A DNA stretch of 63,699 bases, the filler included, from Nemertoderma westbladi (Eukaryota; Animalia; Xenacoelomorpha), in assembly GCA_032718475.1 (NCBI GenBank). It is 3 parts of 3 records of this genome, joined end to end, with 100 filler letters (N's around TTAATTAATTAA, not from the genome) between each part and the next. Parts side by side here need not be neighbours in the genome. Positions count along the whole stretch, not along the records: positions 33,976 to 63,699 come from JAUCBJ010005989.1; 2 more parts are not named here. The stretch is one strand, 5' to 3'. This document shows positions 47,431 to 61,866 of this stretch, piece by piece. The notes under the pieces are model-generated. The model saw only the letters and a list, made by a program, of their open reading frames with translations, was not told the origin of the DNA and did not search any database. Each line of letters opens with the position of its first letter. Position 1 is the first letter of the stretch. Made by a program: the position numbers and the translations under genes.

Positions 47431-50400
47431 CAACACATATCAATCCAGAGTAGGCCTATCTGTAAGTACAACATGTATTAATCCAGAGTAGGCCTATCTG
47501 TAAGTACAACATGTATCAATCTAGAGTAGGCCTATCTGTAAGTACAACATGTATCAATCCAGAGTAGGCCTATCTGTAAGTACAACATGTATCAATCCAG
47601 AGTAGGCCTACCTGTAAGTACAACATGTATCAATCCAGAGTAGGCCTATCTGTAAGTACAACATGTATCAATCCAGAGTAGGCCTACCTGTAAGTACAAC
47701 ATGTATCAATACAGAGTAGACCTATCTGTAAGTACAACATGTATCAATCCAGAGTAGGCCTACCTGTAAGTACAACATGTATCAATACAGAGTAGACCTA
47801 CCTGTAAGTACAACATGTATCAATCCAGAGTAGGCCTACCTGTAAGTACAACATGTATCAATCCAGAGTAGGCCTACCTGTAAGTACAACATGTATCAAT
47901 CCAGAGTAGGCCTACCTGTAAGTACAACATGTATCAATACAGAGTAGACCTACCTGTAAGTACAACATGTATCAATCCAGAGTAGGCCTACCTGTAAGTA
48001 CAACATGTATCAATCCAGAGTAGGCCTACCTGTAAGTACAACATGTATCAATCCAGAGTAGGCCTATCTGTAAGTACAACATGTATCAATCCAGAGTAGG
48101 CCTACTGTAAGTACAGACATATACAACATGTATCAATCCAGAGTAGGCCTACCTGTAAGTACAACATGTATCAATCCAGAGTAGGCCTACCTGTAAGTAC
48201 AACATGTATCAATCCAGAGTAGGCCTATCTGTAAGTACAACATGTATCAATCCAGAGTAGGCCTATCTGTAAGTACAACATGTATCAATCCAGAGTAGGC
48301 CTATCTGTAAGTACAACATGTATCAATCCAGAGTAGGACCTATCTGTAAGTACAACATGTATCAATCCAGAGTAGGCCTACCTGTAAGTACAACATGTAT
48401 CAATCCAGAGTAGGCCTATCTGTAAGTACAACATGTCAATCCAGATTAGGCCTATCTGTAAGTACAACATGTATCAATCCAGAGTAGGCCTATCTGTAAG
48501 TACAACATGTATCAATCCAGAGTAGGCCTACCTGTATCTGTAAGTACAACATGTATCAATCCAGAGTAGGCCTACCTGTAAGTACAACATGTATCAATCC
48601 AGAGTAGGCCTATCTGTAAGTACAACATGTATCAATCCAGAGTAGGCCTATCTGTAAGTACAACATGTATCAATCCAGAGTAGGCCTACCTGTAAGTACA
48701 ACATGTATCAATCCAAAGTAGGCCTACCTGTAAGTACAACATGTATCAATCCAGAGTAGGCCTATCTGTAAGTACAACATGTATCAATCCAGAGTAGGCC
48801 TATCTGTAAGTACAACATGTATCAATCCAGAGTAGGCCTACCTGTAAGTACAACATGTATCAATCCAAAGTAGGCCTACCTGTAAGTACAACATGTATCA
48901 ATCCAGAGTAGGCCTATCTGTAAGTACAACATGTATCAATCCAGAGTAGGCCTATCTGTAAGTACAACATGTATCAATCCAGAGTAGGCCTACCTGTAAG
49001 TACAACATGTATCAATCCAGAGTAGGCCTACCTGTAAGTACAACATGTATCAATCCAGAGTAGGCCTATCTGTAAGTACAACATGTATCAATCCAGAGTA
49101 GGCCTATCTGTAAGTACAACATGTATCAATCCAGAGTAGGCCTACCTGTAAGTACAACATGTATCAATCCAGAGTAGGCCTATCTGTAAGTACAACATGT
49201 ATCAATCCAGAGTAGGCCTATCTGTAAGTACAACATGTATCAATCCAGAGTAGGCCTACTCTGTAAGTACAACATGTATCAATCCAGAGTAGGCCTACTT
49301 GTAAGTACAACATGTATCAATCCAGAGTAGGCCTACCTGTAAGTACAACATGTATCAATCCAGAGTAGGCCTATCTGTAAGTACAACATGTATCAATCCA
49401 GATTAGGCCTATCTGTAAGTACAACATGTATCAATCCAGAGTAGGCCTATCTGTAAGTACAACATGTATCAATCCAGAGTAGGCCTACCTGTATCTGTAA
49501 GTACAACATGTATCAATCCAGAGTAGGCCTACCTGTAAGTACAACATGTATCAATCCAGAGTAGGCCTATCTGTAAGTACAACATGTATCAATCCAGAGT
49601 AGGCCTATCTGTAAGTACAACATGTATCAATCCAGAGTAGGCCTACCTGTAAGTACAACATGTATCAATACAGAGTAGACCTATCTGTAAGTACAACATG
49701 TATCAATCCAGAGTAGGCCTACCTGTAAGTACAACATGTATCAATCCAGAGTAGGCCTACCTGTAAGTACAACATGTATGAATCCAGAGTAGGCCTATCT
49801 GTAAGTACAACATGTATCAATACAGAGTAGGCCTATGTGTAAGTACAACATGTATCAATCTAGAGTAGGCCTATCTGTAAGTACAACATGTATCAATACA
49901 GAGTAGGCCTATGTGTAAGTACAACATGTATCAATCTAGAGTAGGCCTATCTGTAAGTACAACATGTATCAATCCAGAGTAGGCCTACCTGTAAGTACAA
50001 CATGTATCAATCCAGAGTAGGCCTATCTGTAAGTACAACATGTATCAATCCAGAGTAGGCCTATCTGTAAGTACAACATGTATCAATCCAGAGTAGGCCT
50101 ACCTGTAAGTACAACATGTATCAATCCAGAGTAGGCCTATCTGTAAGTACAACATGTATCAATCCAGAGTAGGCCTACCTGTAAGTACAACATGTATCAA
50201 TCCAGAGTAGGCCTATCTGTAAGTACAACATGTCAATCCAGATTAGGCCTATCTGTAAGTACAACATGTATCAATCCAGAGTAGGCCTATCTGTAAGTAC
50301 AACATGTATCAATACAGAGTAGACCTACCTGTAAGTACAACATGTATCAATCCAGAGTAGGCCTATCTGTAAGTACAACATGTCAATCCAGATTAGGCCT

Positions 50401-53400
50401 ATGTGTAAGTACAACATGTATCAATCTAGAGTAGGCCTATCTGTAAGTACAACATGTATCAATCCAGAGTAGGCCTACCTGTAAGTACAACATGTATCAA
50501 TCCAGAGTAGGCCTATCTGTAAGTACAACATGTATCAATCCAGAGTAGGCCTATCTGTAAGTACAACATGTATCAATCCAGAGTAGGCCTACCTGTAAGT
50601 ACAACATGTATCAATCCAGAGTAGGCCTATCTGTAAGTACAACATGTATCAATCCAGAGTAGGCCTACCTGTAAGTACAACATGTATCAATCCAGAGTAG
50701 GCCTATCTGTAAGTACAACATGTATCAATCCAGATTAGGCCTATCTGTAAGTACAACATGTATCAATCCAGAGTAGGCCTACCTGTAAGTACAACATGTA
50801 TCAATCCAGAGTAGGCCTATCTGTAAGTACAACATGTATCAATCCAGAGTAGGCCTATCTGTAAGTACAACATGTATCAATCTAGAGTAGGCCTACCTGT
50901 AAGTACAACATGTATCAATCCAAAGTAGGCCTACCTGTAAGTACAACATGTATCAATCCAGAGTAGGCCTATCTGTAAGTACAACATGTATCAATCCAGA
51001 GTAGGCCTATCTGTAAGTACAACATGTATCAATCCAGAGTAGGCCTACCTGTAAGTACAACATGTATCAATCCAAAGTAGGCCTACCTGTAAGTACAACA
51101 TGTATCAATCCAGAGTAGGCCTATCTGTAAGTACAACATGTATCAATCCAGAGTAGGCCTATCTGTAAGTACAACATGTATCAATCCAGAGTAGGCCTAC
51201 CTGTAAGTACAACATGTATCAATCCAAAGTAGGCCTACCTGTAAGTACAACATGTATCAATCCAGAGTAGGCCTATCTGTAAGTACAACATGTATCAATC
51301 CAGAGTAGGCCTATCTGTAAGTACAACATGTATCAATCCAAAGTAGGCCTACCTGTAAGTACAACATGTATCAATCCAGAGTAGGCCTATCTGTAAGTAC
51401 AACATGTATCAATCCAAAGTAGGCCTACCTGTAAGTACAACATGTATCAATCCAGAGTATGCCTATCTGTAAGTACAACATGTATCAATCCAGAGTAGGC
51501 CTACCTGTATCTGTAAGTACAACATGTATCAATCCAAAGTAGGCCTACTTGTAAGTACAACATGTATCAATCCAGAGTAGGCCTACCTGTAAGTACAACG
51601 TGTATCAATCCAGAGTAGGCCTATCTGTAAGTACAACATGTCAATCCAGATTAGGCCTATCTGTAAGTACAACATGTATCAATCTAGAGTAGGCCTATCT
51701 GTAAGTACAACATGTATCAATCCAGAGTAGGCCTACCTGTATCTGTAAGTACAACATGTATCAATCCAAAGTAGGCCTACCTGTAAGTACAACATGTATC
51801 AATCCAGAGTAGGCCTATCTGTAAGTACAACATGTCAATCCAGATTAGGCCTATCTGTAAGTACAACATGTATCAATCCAGAGTAGGCCTACCTGTAAGT
51901 ACAACATGTATCAATACAGAGTAGACCTATCTGTAAGTACAACATGTATCAATCCAGAGTAGGCCTACCTGTAAGTACAACATGTATCAATCCAGAGTAG
52001 GCCTACCTGTAAGTACAACATGTATGAATCCAGAGTAGGCCTATCTGTAAGTACAACATGTATCAATACAGAGTAGGCCTATGTGTAAGTACAACATGTA
52101 TCAATCTAGAGTAGGCCTATCTGTAAGTACAACATGTATCAATACAGAGTAGGCCTATGTGTAAGTACAACATGTATCAATCTAGAGTAGGCCTATCTGT
52201 AAGTACAACATGTATCAATCCAGAGTAGGCCTATCTGTAAGTACAACATGTATCAATCCAGAGTAGGCCTACCTGTAAGTACAACATGTATCAATCCAGA
52301 GTAGGCCTATCTGTAAGTACAACATGTCAATCCAGATTAGGCCTATCTGTAAGTACAACATGTATCAATCCAGAGTAGGCCTATCTGTAAGTACAACATG
52401 TATCAATACAGAGTAGACCTACCTGTAAGTACAACATGTATCAATCCAGAGTAGGCCTATCTGTAAGTACAACATGTCAATCCAGATTAGGCCTATGTGT
52501 AAGTACAACATGTATCAATCTAGAGTAGGCCTATCTGTAAGTACAACATGTATCAATCCAGAGTAGGCCTACCTGTAAGTACAACATGTATCAATCCAGA
52601 GTAGGCCTATCTGTAAGTACAACATGTATCAATCCAGAGTAGGCCTATCTGTAAGTACAACATGTATCAATCCAGAGTAGGCCTACCTGTAAGTACAACA
52701 TGTATCAATCCAGAGTAGGCCTATCTGTAAGTACAACATGTATCAATCCAGAGTAGGCCACCTCTTCATCAGTTGTAGCGAAAGCTAAAAAGGAGGAGGT
52801 TTACGACCAATTAAGTTCTGACCAACATAATTTGGTTATACTAACTACTGAAAAAGGTGCGTCTGCGTGGTTAAACACCAAACCACTCACCCTGCACGAC
52901 ACTCACCTGTCCAAAGGAGAGTTTAGGGATGCTGTTTGTCTCCGTTACGGTTGGTCGCCGAAGAACCTACCATCTCGTTGTGTTTGTGGGTCCCGATTTT
53001 CTGCAACCCACGTTCTGTCGTGTCCCACTGGAGGTTTCCCCTCCATAAGACACAATGAGATCCGCGATTTCGTCGCCGACACCCTAACCGAGGTGGCCCA
53101 CAGTGTGGCAGTCGAACCGATGCTCCAGCCACTAACGGGGGAGTCCTTCTCCCTCCGTTCCACCTCGACGGACCAGCTGGCGCGGCTCGACGTGTCGGTG
53201 AGCGGATTCTGGGGCAATCGTTACCAGAAAATGTTTATCGACGTGTCGGTGTTCAACCCGCTGGCGGACACCAACGCGGCGATGTCGATTGACGCCGCCC
53301 ATCTCCACCACGAGGCGAGGAAGTGCCGGAAATACGAGGAGAGATTACGCGAGGTGGAACACTCCACCTTCACTCCCTTAATTTTCTCTGCTTTCGGCGG

Positions 53401-56400
53401 AATGGCACCAGCTGCCCATCAGTTTGTCAAACGACTGGCGGTGAAGTTGTCCGACAAACGGCAGGTTCCCTATCCGGAGTGCGTCTCATGGGTACGTCGG
53501 CGAATCAGTTTCTCCCTCCTCAGGTCGTCATTAATGTGTTTACGCGGGTACCGTTCGGCTGCTAGGCGACCGGTGCGGGAGGCAGTCACCGACTCATCGA
53601 TCCGGTTGGCTAACGCGGACTCAGACCCTGGGGTGTTGGCGCAGTTCGGTAGGGTGGGGTAAATACAGTAGTATGCTCCATACACCATAGAGACTGTTTC
53701 TGTGTTGGGGGCGGGCAAAGGATTTCATTTTAAATTTCCCTCTTATATTGGTTGCCTAGTAACGTCGGCTGGTGGTGGGTATTGTTTAACATTAACGTTT
53801 TATTATCTATGTGAATAAATGAGACTTAAAGAGTTAAAAAAAAAAAAAAAAATCCAGAGTAGGCCTACCTGTAAGTACAACATGTATCAATCCAGAGTAG
53901 GCCTATCTGTAAGTACAACATGTATCAATCCAGAGTAGGCCTATCTGTAAGTACAACATGTATCAATCCAGAGTAGGCCTACCTGTAAGTACAACATGTA
54001 TCAATCCAGAGTAGGCCTATCTGTAAGTACAACATGTATCAATCCAGAGTAGGCCTATCTGTAAGTACAACATGTCAATCCAGATTAGGCCTATCTGTAA
54101 GTACAACATGTATCAATCCAGAGTAGGCCTACCTGTAAGTACAACATGTATCAATCCAGAGTAGGCCTATCTGTAAGTACAACATGTATCAATCTAGAGT
54201 AGGCCTACCTGTAAGTACAACATGTATCAATCCAGAGTAGGCCTACCTGTAAGTACAACATGTATCAATCCAGAGTAGGCCTATCTGTAAGTACAACATG
54301 TATCAATCCAGAGTAGGCCTATCTGTAAGTACAACATGTATCAATCCAGAGTAGGCCTACCTGTAAGTACAACATGTATCAATCCAGAGTAGGCCTATCT
54401 GTAAGTACAACATGTATCAATCCAGAGTAGGCCTATCTGTAAGTACAACATGTATCAATCCAGAGTAGGCCTATCTGTAAGTACAACATGTATCAATCCA
54501 GAGTAGGCCTACCTGTAAGTACAACATGTATCAATCCAGAGTAGGCCTATCTGTAAGTACAACATGTATCAATCCAGAGTAGGCCTATCTGTAAGTACAA
54601 CATGTATCAATCCAGAGTAGGCCTATCTGTAAGTACAACATGTATCAATCCAGAGTAGGCCTATCTGTAAGTACAACATGTATCAATCCAGAGTAGGCCT
54701 ATCTGTAAGTACAACATGTATCAATCCAGAGTAGGCCTATCTGTAAGTACAACATGTATCAATCCAGAGTAGGCCTATCTGTAAGTACAACATGTATCAA
54801 TCCAGAGTAGGCCTATCTGTAAGTACAACATGTATCAATCCAGAGTAGGCCTATCTGTAAGTACAACATGTATCAATCCAGAGTAGGCCTATCTGTAAGT
54901 ACAACATGTATCAATCCAGAGTAGGCCTACCTGTAAGTACAACATGTATCAATCCAGAGTAGGCCTATCTGTAAGTACAACATGTATCAATCCAGAGTAG
55001 GCCTATCTGTAAGTACAACATGTATCAATCCAGAGTAGGCCTATCTGTAAGTACAACATGTATCAATCCAGAGTAGGCCTATCTGTAAGTACAACATGTA
55101 TCAATCCAGAGTAGGCCTATCTGTAAGTACAACATGTATCAATCCAGAGTAGGCCTACCTGTAAGTACAACATGTATCAATCCAAAGTAGGCCTACCTGT
55201 AAGTACAACATGTATCAATCCAGAGTAGGCCTATCTGTAAGTACAACATGTATCAATCCAGAGTAGGCCTATCTGTAAGTACAACATGTATCAATCCAAA
55301 GTAGGCCTACCTGTAAGTACAACATGTATCATTCCAGAGTAGGCCTACCTGTAAGTACAACATGTATCAATCCAGAGTAGGCCTACCTGTAAGTACAACA
55401 TGTATCAATCCAGAGTAGGCCTATCTGTAAGTACAACATGTATCAATCCAGAGTAGGCCTATCTGTAAGTACAACATGTATCAATCCAGAGTAGGCCTAC
55501 CTGTAAGTACAACATGTATCAATCCAGAGTAGGCCTATCTGTAAGTACAACATGTATCAATCCAGAGTAGGCCTATCTGTAAGTACAACATGTATGAATC
55601 CAGAGTAGGCCTACCTGTAAGTACAACATGTATCAATCCAGAGTAGGCCTATCTGTAAGTACAACATGTATCAATCCAGAGTAGGCCTACCTGTAAGTAC
55701 AACATGTATCAATCCAGAGTAGGCCTATCTGTAAGTACAACATGTATGAATCCAGAGTAGGCCTACCTGTAAGTACAACATGTATCAATCCAGAGTAGGC
55801 CTACCTGTAAGTACAACATGTATCAATCCAGAGTAGGCCTATCTGTAAGTACAACATGTATCAATCCAGAGTAGGCCTATCTGTAAGTACAACATGTATC
55901 AATCCAGAGTAGGCCTACCTGTAAGTACAACATGTATCAATCCAGAGTAGGCCTATCTGTAAGTACAACATGTATCAATCCAGAGTAGGCCTACCTGTAA
56001 GTACAACATGTATCAATCCAGAGTAGGCCTATCTGTAAGTACAACATGTCAATCCAGATTAGGCCTATCTGTAAGTACAACATGTATCAATCCAGAGTAG
56101 GCCTATCTGTAAGTACAACATGTATCAATACAGAGTAGACCTATCTGTAAGTACAACATGTATCAATCCAGAGTAGGCCTACCTGTAAGTACAACATGTA
56201 TCAATCCAGAGTAGGCCTATCTGTAAGTACAACATGTCAATCCAGATTAGGCCTATCTGTAAGTACAACATGTATCAATCCAGAGTAGGCCTACCTGTAA
56301 GTACAACATGTATCAATCCAGAATAGGCCTATCTGTAAGTACAACATGTATGAATCCAGAGTAGGCCTATCTGTAAGTACAACATGTATCAATCCAGCGT

Positions 56401-58219
56401 AGGCCTACCTGTAAGTACAACATGTATCAATCCAGAGTAGGCCTACCTGTAAGTACAACATGTATTAATCCAGAGTAGGCCTATCTGTAAGTACAACATG
56501 TCAATCCAGATTAGGCCTATCTGTAAGTACAACATGTATCAATCCAGAGTAGGCCTACCTGTAAGTACAACATGTATCAATCCAGAGTAGGCCTATCTGT
56601 AAGTACAACATGTATCAATCCAGAGTAGGCATATCTGTAAGTACAACATGTATCAATCCAGAGTAGGCCTATCTGTAAGTACAACATGTATCAATCCAGA
56701 GTAGACCTATCTGTAAGTACAACACATATCAATCCAGAGTAGGCCTACCTGTAAGTACAACACATATCAATCCAGAGTAGGCCTACCTGTAAGTACAACA
56801 TGTATCAATCCAGAGTAGGCCTATCTGTAAGTACAACATGTATCAATCCAGAGTAGGCCTATCTGTAAGTACAACATGTATCAATCCAGAGTAGGCCTAT
56901 CTGTAAGTACAACATGTATCAATCCAGAGTAGACCTATCTGTAAGTACAACACATATCAATCCAGAGTAGGCCTACCTGTAAGTACAACACATATCAATC
57001 CAGAGTAGGCCTACCTGTAAGTACAACATGTATCAATCCAGAGTAGGCCTATCTGTAAGTACAACATGTATCAATCCAGAGTAGGCCTATCTGTAAGTAC
57101 AACATGTATCAATCCAGAGTAGGCCTATCTGTAAGTACAACATGTATCAATCCAGAGTAGGCCTACCTGTAAGTACAACATGTATCAATCCAAAGTAGGC
57201 CTACCTGTAAGTACAACATGTATCAATCCAGAGTAGGCCTATCTGTAAGTACAACATGTATCAATCCAGAGTAGGCCTATCTGTAAGTACAACATGTATC
57301 AATCAAAAGTAGGCCTACCTGTAAGTACAACATGTATCAATCCAGAGTAGGCCTACCTGTAAGTACAACATGTATCAATCCAGAGTAGGCCTACCTGTAA
57401 GTACAACATGTATCAATCCAGAGTAGGCCTATCTGTAAGTACAACATGTATCAATCCAGAGTAGGCCTATCTGTAAGTACAACATGTATCAATCCAGAGT
57501 AGGCCTACCTGTAAGTACAACATGTATCAATCCAGAGTAGGCCTACCTGTAAGTACAACATGTATCAATCCAGAGTAGGCCTACCTGTAAGTACAACATG
57601 TATCAATCCAGAGTAGGCCTATCTGTAAGTACAACATGTATCAATCCAGAGTAGGCCTATCTGTAAGTACAACATGTATCAATCCAGAGTAGGCCTACCT
57701 GTAAGTACAACATGTATCAATCCAGAGTAGGCCTATCTGTAAGTACAACATGTATCAATCCAGAGTAGGCCTACCTGTAAGTACAACATGTACCAATCCA
57801 GAGTAGGCCTACCTGTAAGTACAACATGTATCAATCCAGAGTAGGCCTATCTGTAAGTACAACATGTATCAATCCAAAGTAGGCCTACCTGTAAGTACAA
57901 CATGTATCAATCCAGAGTAGGCCTATCTGTAAGTACAACATGTATGAATCCAGAGTAGGCCTACCTGTAAGTACAACATGTATCAATCCAGAGTAGGCCT
58001 ATCTGTAAGTACAACATGTCAATCCAGATTAGGCCTATCTGTAAGTACAACATGTATCAATCTAGAGTAGGCCTATCTGTAAGTACAACATGTATCAATC
58101 CAGAGTAGGCCTATCTGTAAGTACAACATGTCAATCCAGATTAGGCCTATCTGTAAGTACAACATGTATCAATCCAAAGTAGGCCTACCTGTAAGTACAA
58201 CATGTATCAATCCAGAGTA
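47431..58219 (+). repeat. 38-bp satellite (aatccagagtaggccta[t/c]ctgtaagtacaacatgtatc), about 250 copies, interrupted once
   Basis: Period of 38 (48135 to 48173); about 9.7 kb of array excluding the insertion; contains palindromes gtaggcctac and acatgt. Confidence 0.98.
52760..53850 (+). mobile_element. 5'-truncated CRE-clade-like non-LTR retrotransposon with restriction-like endonuclease, poly(A) tail and apparent 13-15 bp TSD
   Basis: Frame open from the junction (52760) to the stop at 53662: EKGASAWL...EFRDAVCLRYG, CVC...HVLSC zinc knuckle, RHNEIRD, RLDV...FIDVSV, HEARKCRKY, FTPLIFSAFGG. 3' UTR with AATAAA and A17 at 53836-53852; aatccagagtaggcc on both sides. Confidence 0.9.
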
Positions 58220-59617
58220 GAGAAGAATCAATCCAGAATCCTGCTATGAAGGAAGCACTCATACATGATTTCCAAGACGTTTTAGCGGATGAAGGTCCAC
58301 TGAGACCCTTGAGTGGGCCGCCTATGGATATTAGAGGGGCAATTCCAGTAAAAAAATTTAAACCATATAACGTTATCATCCATTGGGAGGATAAGGTGAA
58401 AGAAACGTTGGAAAAGATGAGGAGAAACGGCATCACGAGGTCACCAATTGGATACATCCAATGGTGGTAACACCTAAAAAGAACTCATCACAGCCAGGAA
58501 TAACAGTAGATTTCACAGCTTTGAATAAGTATGTAAAAAGGAGAGTGCACCCATCAAAAGAACCCAAAAATGAAGTAGCCAAAATTCCTAATGGTATGAC
58601 TATTTTTACTACAATGGTTCATGACATGGGTATTGGCAAGTTCCGCTTACTGATAGTGCACGAGATATGACTACTTTTATCTCACCATGGGGCAGAGAAC
58701 AATTTCTCAGAAACCCCATGGGATGTCAAGTGCCGGTATGAGCATGATAGCAGAGGCGACACTGCCATGGAAGGCGTTGATAATTTTAAGAAGGTGGTTG
58801 AAGATGTCATCGTATATGACACCAACATAGATGATCATGAACAGAGGGTGCGTTCTATCTTACAACGTTTTAATGACAATGGTATAACGCTTAGTAAGCG
58901 CAAATTCATGTTTGGGCAACCTGAAGTAGAATGGTGCGGTTATGTTGTCAACCAAAATGGTTATAGTGTTAACCCTCCCATAACAAGTGCACTCAGATGT
59001 GATGATCGATGTGAGACTGGGACGTCTGATGTGAGATCGTTCTGTGGCCTTATCCAACAATTTCAGGCCTTCACACCAGACTTGGCACATGACACTGACA
59101 CCAGACCTCGCATAACACCCGGTTTATATTGGAAGCAGACCAGTGAAAGGCTTTTAAATCAATTCTAGAGATCCTTATGCCCCCTAGAGTGCTCACTAAC
59201 TTCATACCCGATGCTCCACTATGGTTAGAAACCGATGCAGCCCAATCAAAAGGTCTAGGATTTGCACTATGGCAACAAGACAAAGCAGGTATATGGAAGC
59301 TACTGCAGTGCGGTTCTAGAACATTGACGACAACTGAATCAAGATACTCAGCTACTGAAATAGAACTCCTTGTCGTAGTATAGGCCCCTCACAAGAGCAA
59401 ATTATTTCATCAGGGGGCTCATTTTGAGCTCATTGTAGACCATAAACCTCTCATATCCATCATTAATGGAAAAACATTAGACCAAATCGAGACACCACGA
59501 ATCATTTGTTTAAAAGAAAAGCTTGTCTGCTACAGACCTTCTGCTATATGGAGACAAGGAATTACACATACAGTAGTAGACACATTTTCTAGGTTCCCAG
59601 TTTCACATCCAACGACA
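58220..59617 (+). mobile_element. Decayed Ty3/Gypsy pol fragment (RT and RNase H)
   Basis: PMVVTPKK...ITVDFTALNKYV, GYWQVPL, TTFISPWG, KVVEDVIVY, NGITLSKRKFMF, VRSFCGL, LETDAAQSKGLGFAL, ESRYSATEIELL, VDHKPL, VDTFSR; several frameshifts and stops; no integrase or LTR seen. Confidence 0.92.
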
Positions 59618-61270
59618 TACTACTACTATGATCGGCATGCTGCATTGCAGCTGCATTTTTAAGAATGCTGTGCCGGCTTGTCAACAAAATTGCACCGCCA
59701 CAACTCCCTATCACCCATGACATTTGCTAGATCATCCGCATCTTTAAGGCCAGTGTCCTTTAAGATGCGTCTCAAGAACGTCATGGGCTGTCCACCATGC
59801 TTATTCACTCCATGAGGCTGCCAAAGTACAAGATTATGCACTGGCTGGTCCTCACGGCGAAAGCAATGTCCTGCAAAGCGGAGGCGATTTTGTTCTAGTG
59901 TCAAGCTTGGGGGAACCAATGAGACACCTACAATGTTATATAGTGTCTGGTTGGAGATGTGTGCATTGTACTTGACACAATGAACCCGGCGTAGCATTCT
60001 TGTGAATGTGCCATCCAGAGATTTGGTGTCCTCAGCAGTTAGAGCCCAGCATGGACTGCCGTAGAGGAGTACTGGAACTACTGCTGCTCTAAATAATCGG
60101 ACCTTAAGTTTCCGATTAATTCTCGGTGACTTCCAAATCCTGGAAAGCCTATTCAAGGCTGCCCATGCCTTTCCCTTACGTATTCGAAGGTCACTCACCT
60201 GACTTCCGGATCCATGATCCCAGGTAACATAAGTCGTCCACATGCTCAAGCATACCATCCTTTGAGCTTATGCTCATCCGATCAGAGACTTGCTGAGGAC
60301 TTTCAAAGTGAACTGTCAGAATTTTGGTCTTTCTGGAGTTAATAAAAAGGCCAACACTAGAAGCAGCATGTTCTAATGAGCTGAGAAGCCGTTGGGCTCC
60401 CTCTAATGATTCTGATAGTACTCCTAAGTCATCAGCAAAGTCTAGATCAGTTAGGTACGACTTCTGGAGCCAGTAGGTGGAGTTATCATCACCCCATCAT
60501 CATTATAATGATCTAAGGACATGCGTAGAACATATTTAACCACAATAATGAACAAGAATGGTGCAAGTGTGTCTCCTTGGAGGACGCCCCATAACACTTC
60601 AAATGGTTCTGTGTCACCGTCAACAGTAGACACAAATGTTGTCGAACCATCGTATACTGATCTGATTGCTGCAATAATTTCATCAGGAATCCCATATAAT
60701 GAAAGTATGCTGAACATTCGTGAGCGAGAGACTGAATCAAAGGCCTTGAAGAAGTCAACAAAGATAACAGCCAGGTGCCTGTCTTTCTTTTTTGATAACT
60801 CTTCAATTATCCTTCTAAGTGCCAAAATGGGCTCCATGGTCCCACGACCTTTACGGAACCCATTCTGATTTCCACGGAGCAGTCTCTCAATGGGATCCCT
60901 GATGCGATTTAATAGAATCCTATTGTATAACTTTGCAGCAATCGAGATCAATGAGATTCCCCGAAAAGAACCATAGAGTGTTAGGTTGCCATTCTTGGGA
61001 ACTGGCACCAACTTATTTGTTTTCATTTCTTGTGGGACTCTTGTTGTTAGGTACATGTCTACTATGATGGGATAGATGACAATCAGGTATTTTAAAGACC
61101 TCAGGGGGAACACCATCTACTCCACTGGCACGATTGGTCTTAATGCTCTTTGCAGCAGCCTTCACTTCTGCAAAGGAGATATCGCCAATGGGAATATCAG
61201 TAGTAGAGGAAGAGGTGACCCCAGCATAGTCCTCCCTAGCCTGGGCTACGGGCCACATCTCGGAGGCAAT
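59618..61270 (-). mobile_element. RTE-clade LINE, 5'-truncated and frameshifted, (TAG)n tail
   Basis: RASGVDGVPPE, VPVPKNG, FRGISLISIAAKLYNRILLNR, NQNGFRKGRGT, FVDFFKAFDSV, GVLQGDTLAPFLF, LDFADDL, RLRFAGHCFR; tail tactactacta at 59618-59628. Confidence 0.93.
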
Positions 61271-61591
61271 TAAAAAATGCCAAATTCCGGTGCTAAATTG
61301 TGGTGTTTAATGACCATCTGTCACCAACAGTATTCTTGCCTTCAGCCAATCGCTGCGTATCACCTACGCGTAGCCTAACCTCGCGATGCCTGCCTTACTC
61401 GACAACTGTTACCACCCGCGAGTATTGATTCGCGTCGTTGCATCAACCAACCATCGCATATTCATCTTCGCGTACCCAAACTTCTCATCGCGTGGCTAGC
61501 CCCACACTACCCTATTATATCGAATCGATTGCCAACTCACCACGGCTGTCACCAATCCATTCAACCAAGCAACCTACCAGTCCAGCAGTAG

Positions 61592-61866
61592 GATACGTGT
61601 TGAAATTCCGCCACGTTTCCGGCTACACGTATACGAACATTTCCATAGTTATTTCCTATTCACGCAACCAACCACTGTATACAGTATATGCAGACAACGT
61701 GGCCACCAACTACACACATCGTGCATATATTATATTGATTGCCAACTCCACAACTGCTGTCACCAAACCAACCAACCGAGCGGCCTGCCTACCCCTACGC
61801 TATTATGATACGTGTTGAAATTCCGCCACGTTCTAGCTACACGTATACGAATATTTCCATAGTTAC
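61592..61866 (+). repeat. ~60-bp direct repeat pair about 215 bp apart
   Basis: gatacgtgttgaaattccgccacgtt...gctacacgtatacgaa(c/t)atttccatagtta at about 61592 and 61807. Confidence 0.85.

Noticed and set aside
47431-58219. CRISPR-like appearance (38-bp partly palindromic repeat)
   Set aside because: Units are head-to-tail with no unique spacers, there are no cas genes, and the context is eukaryotic.
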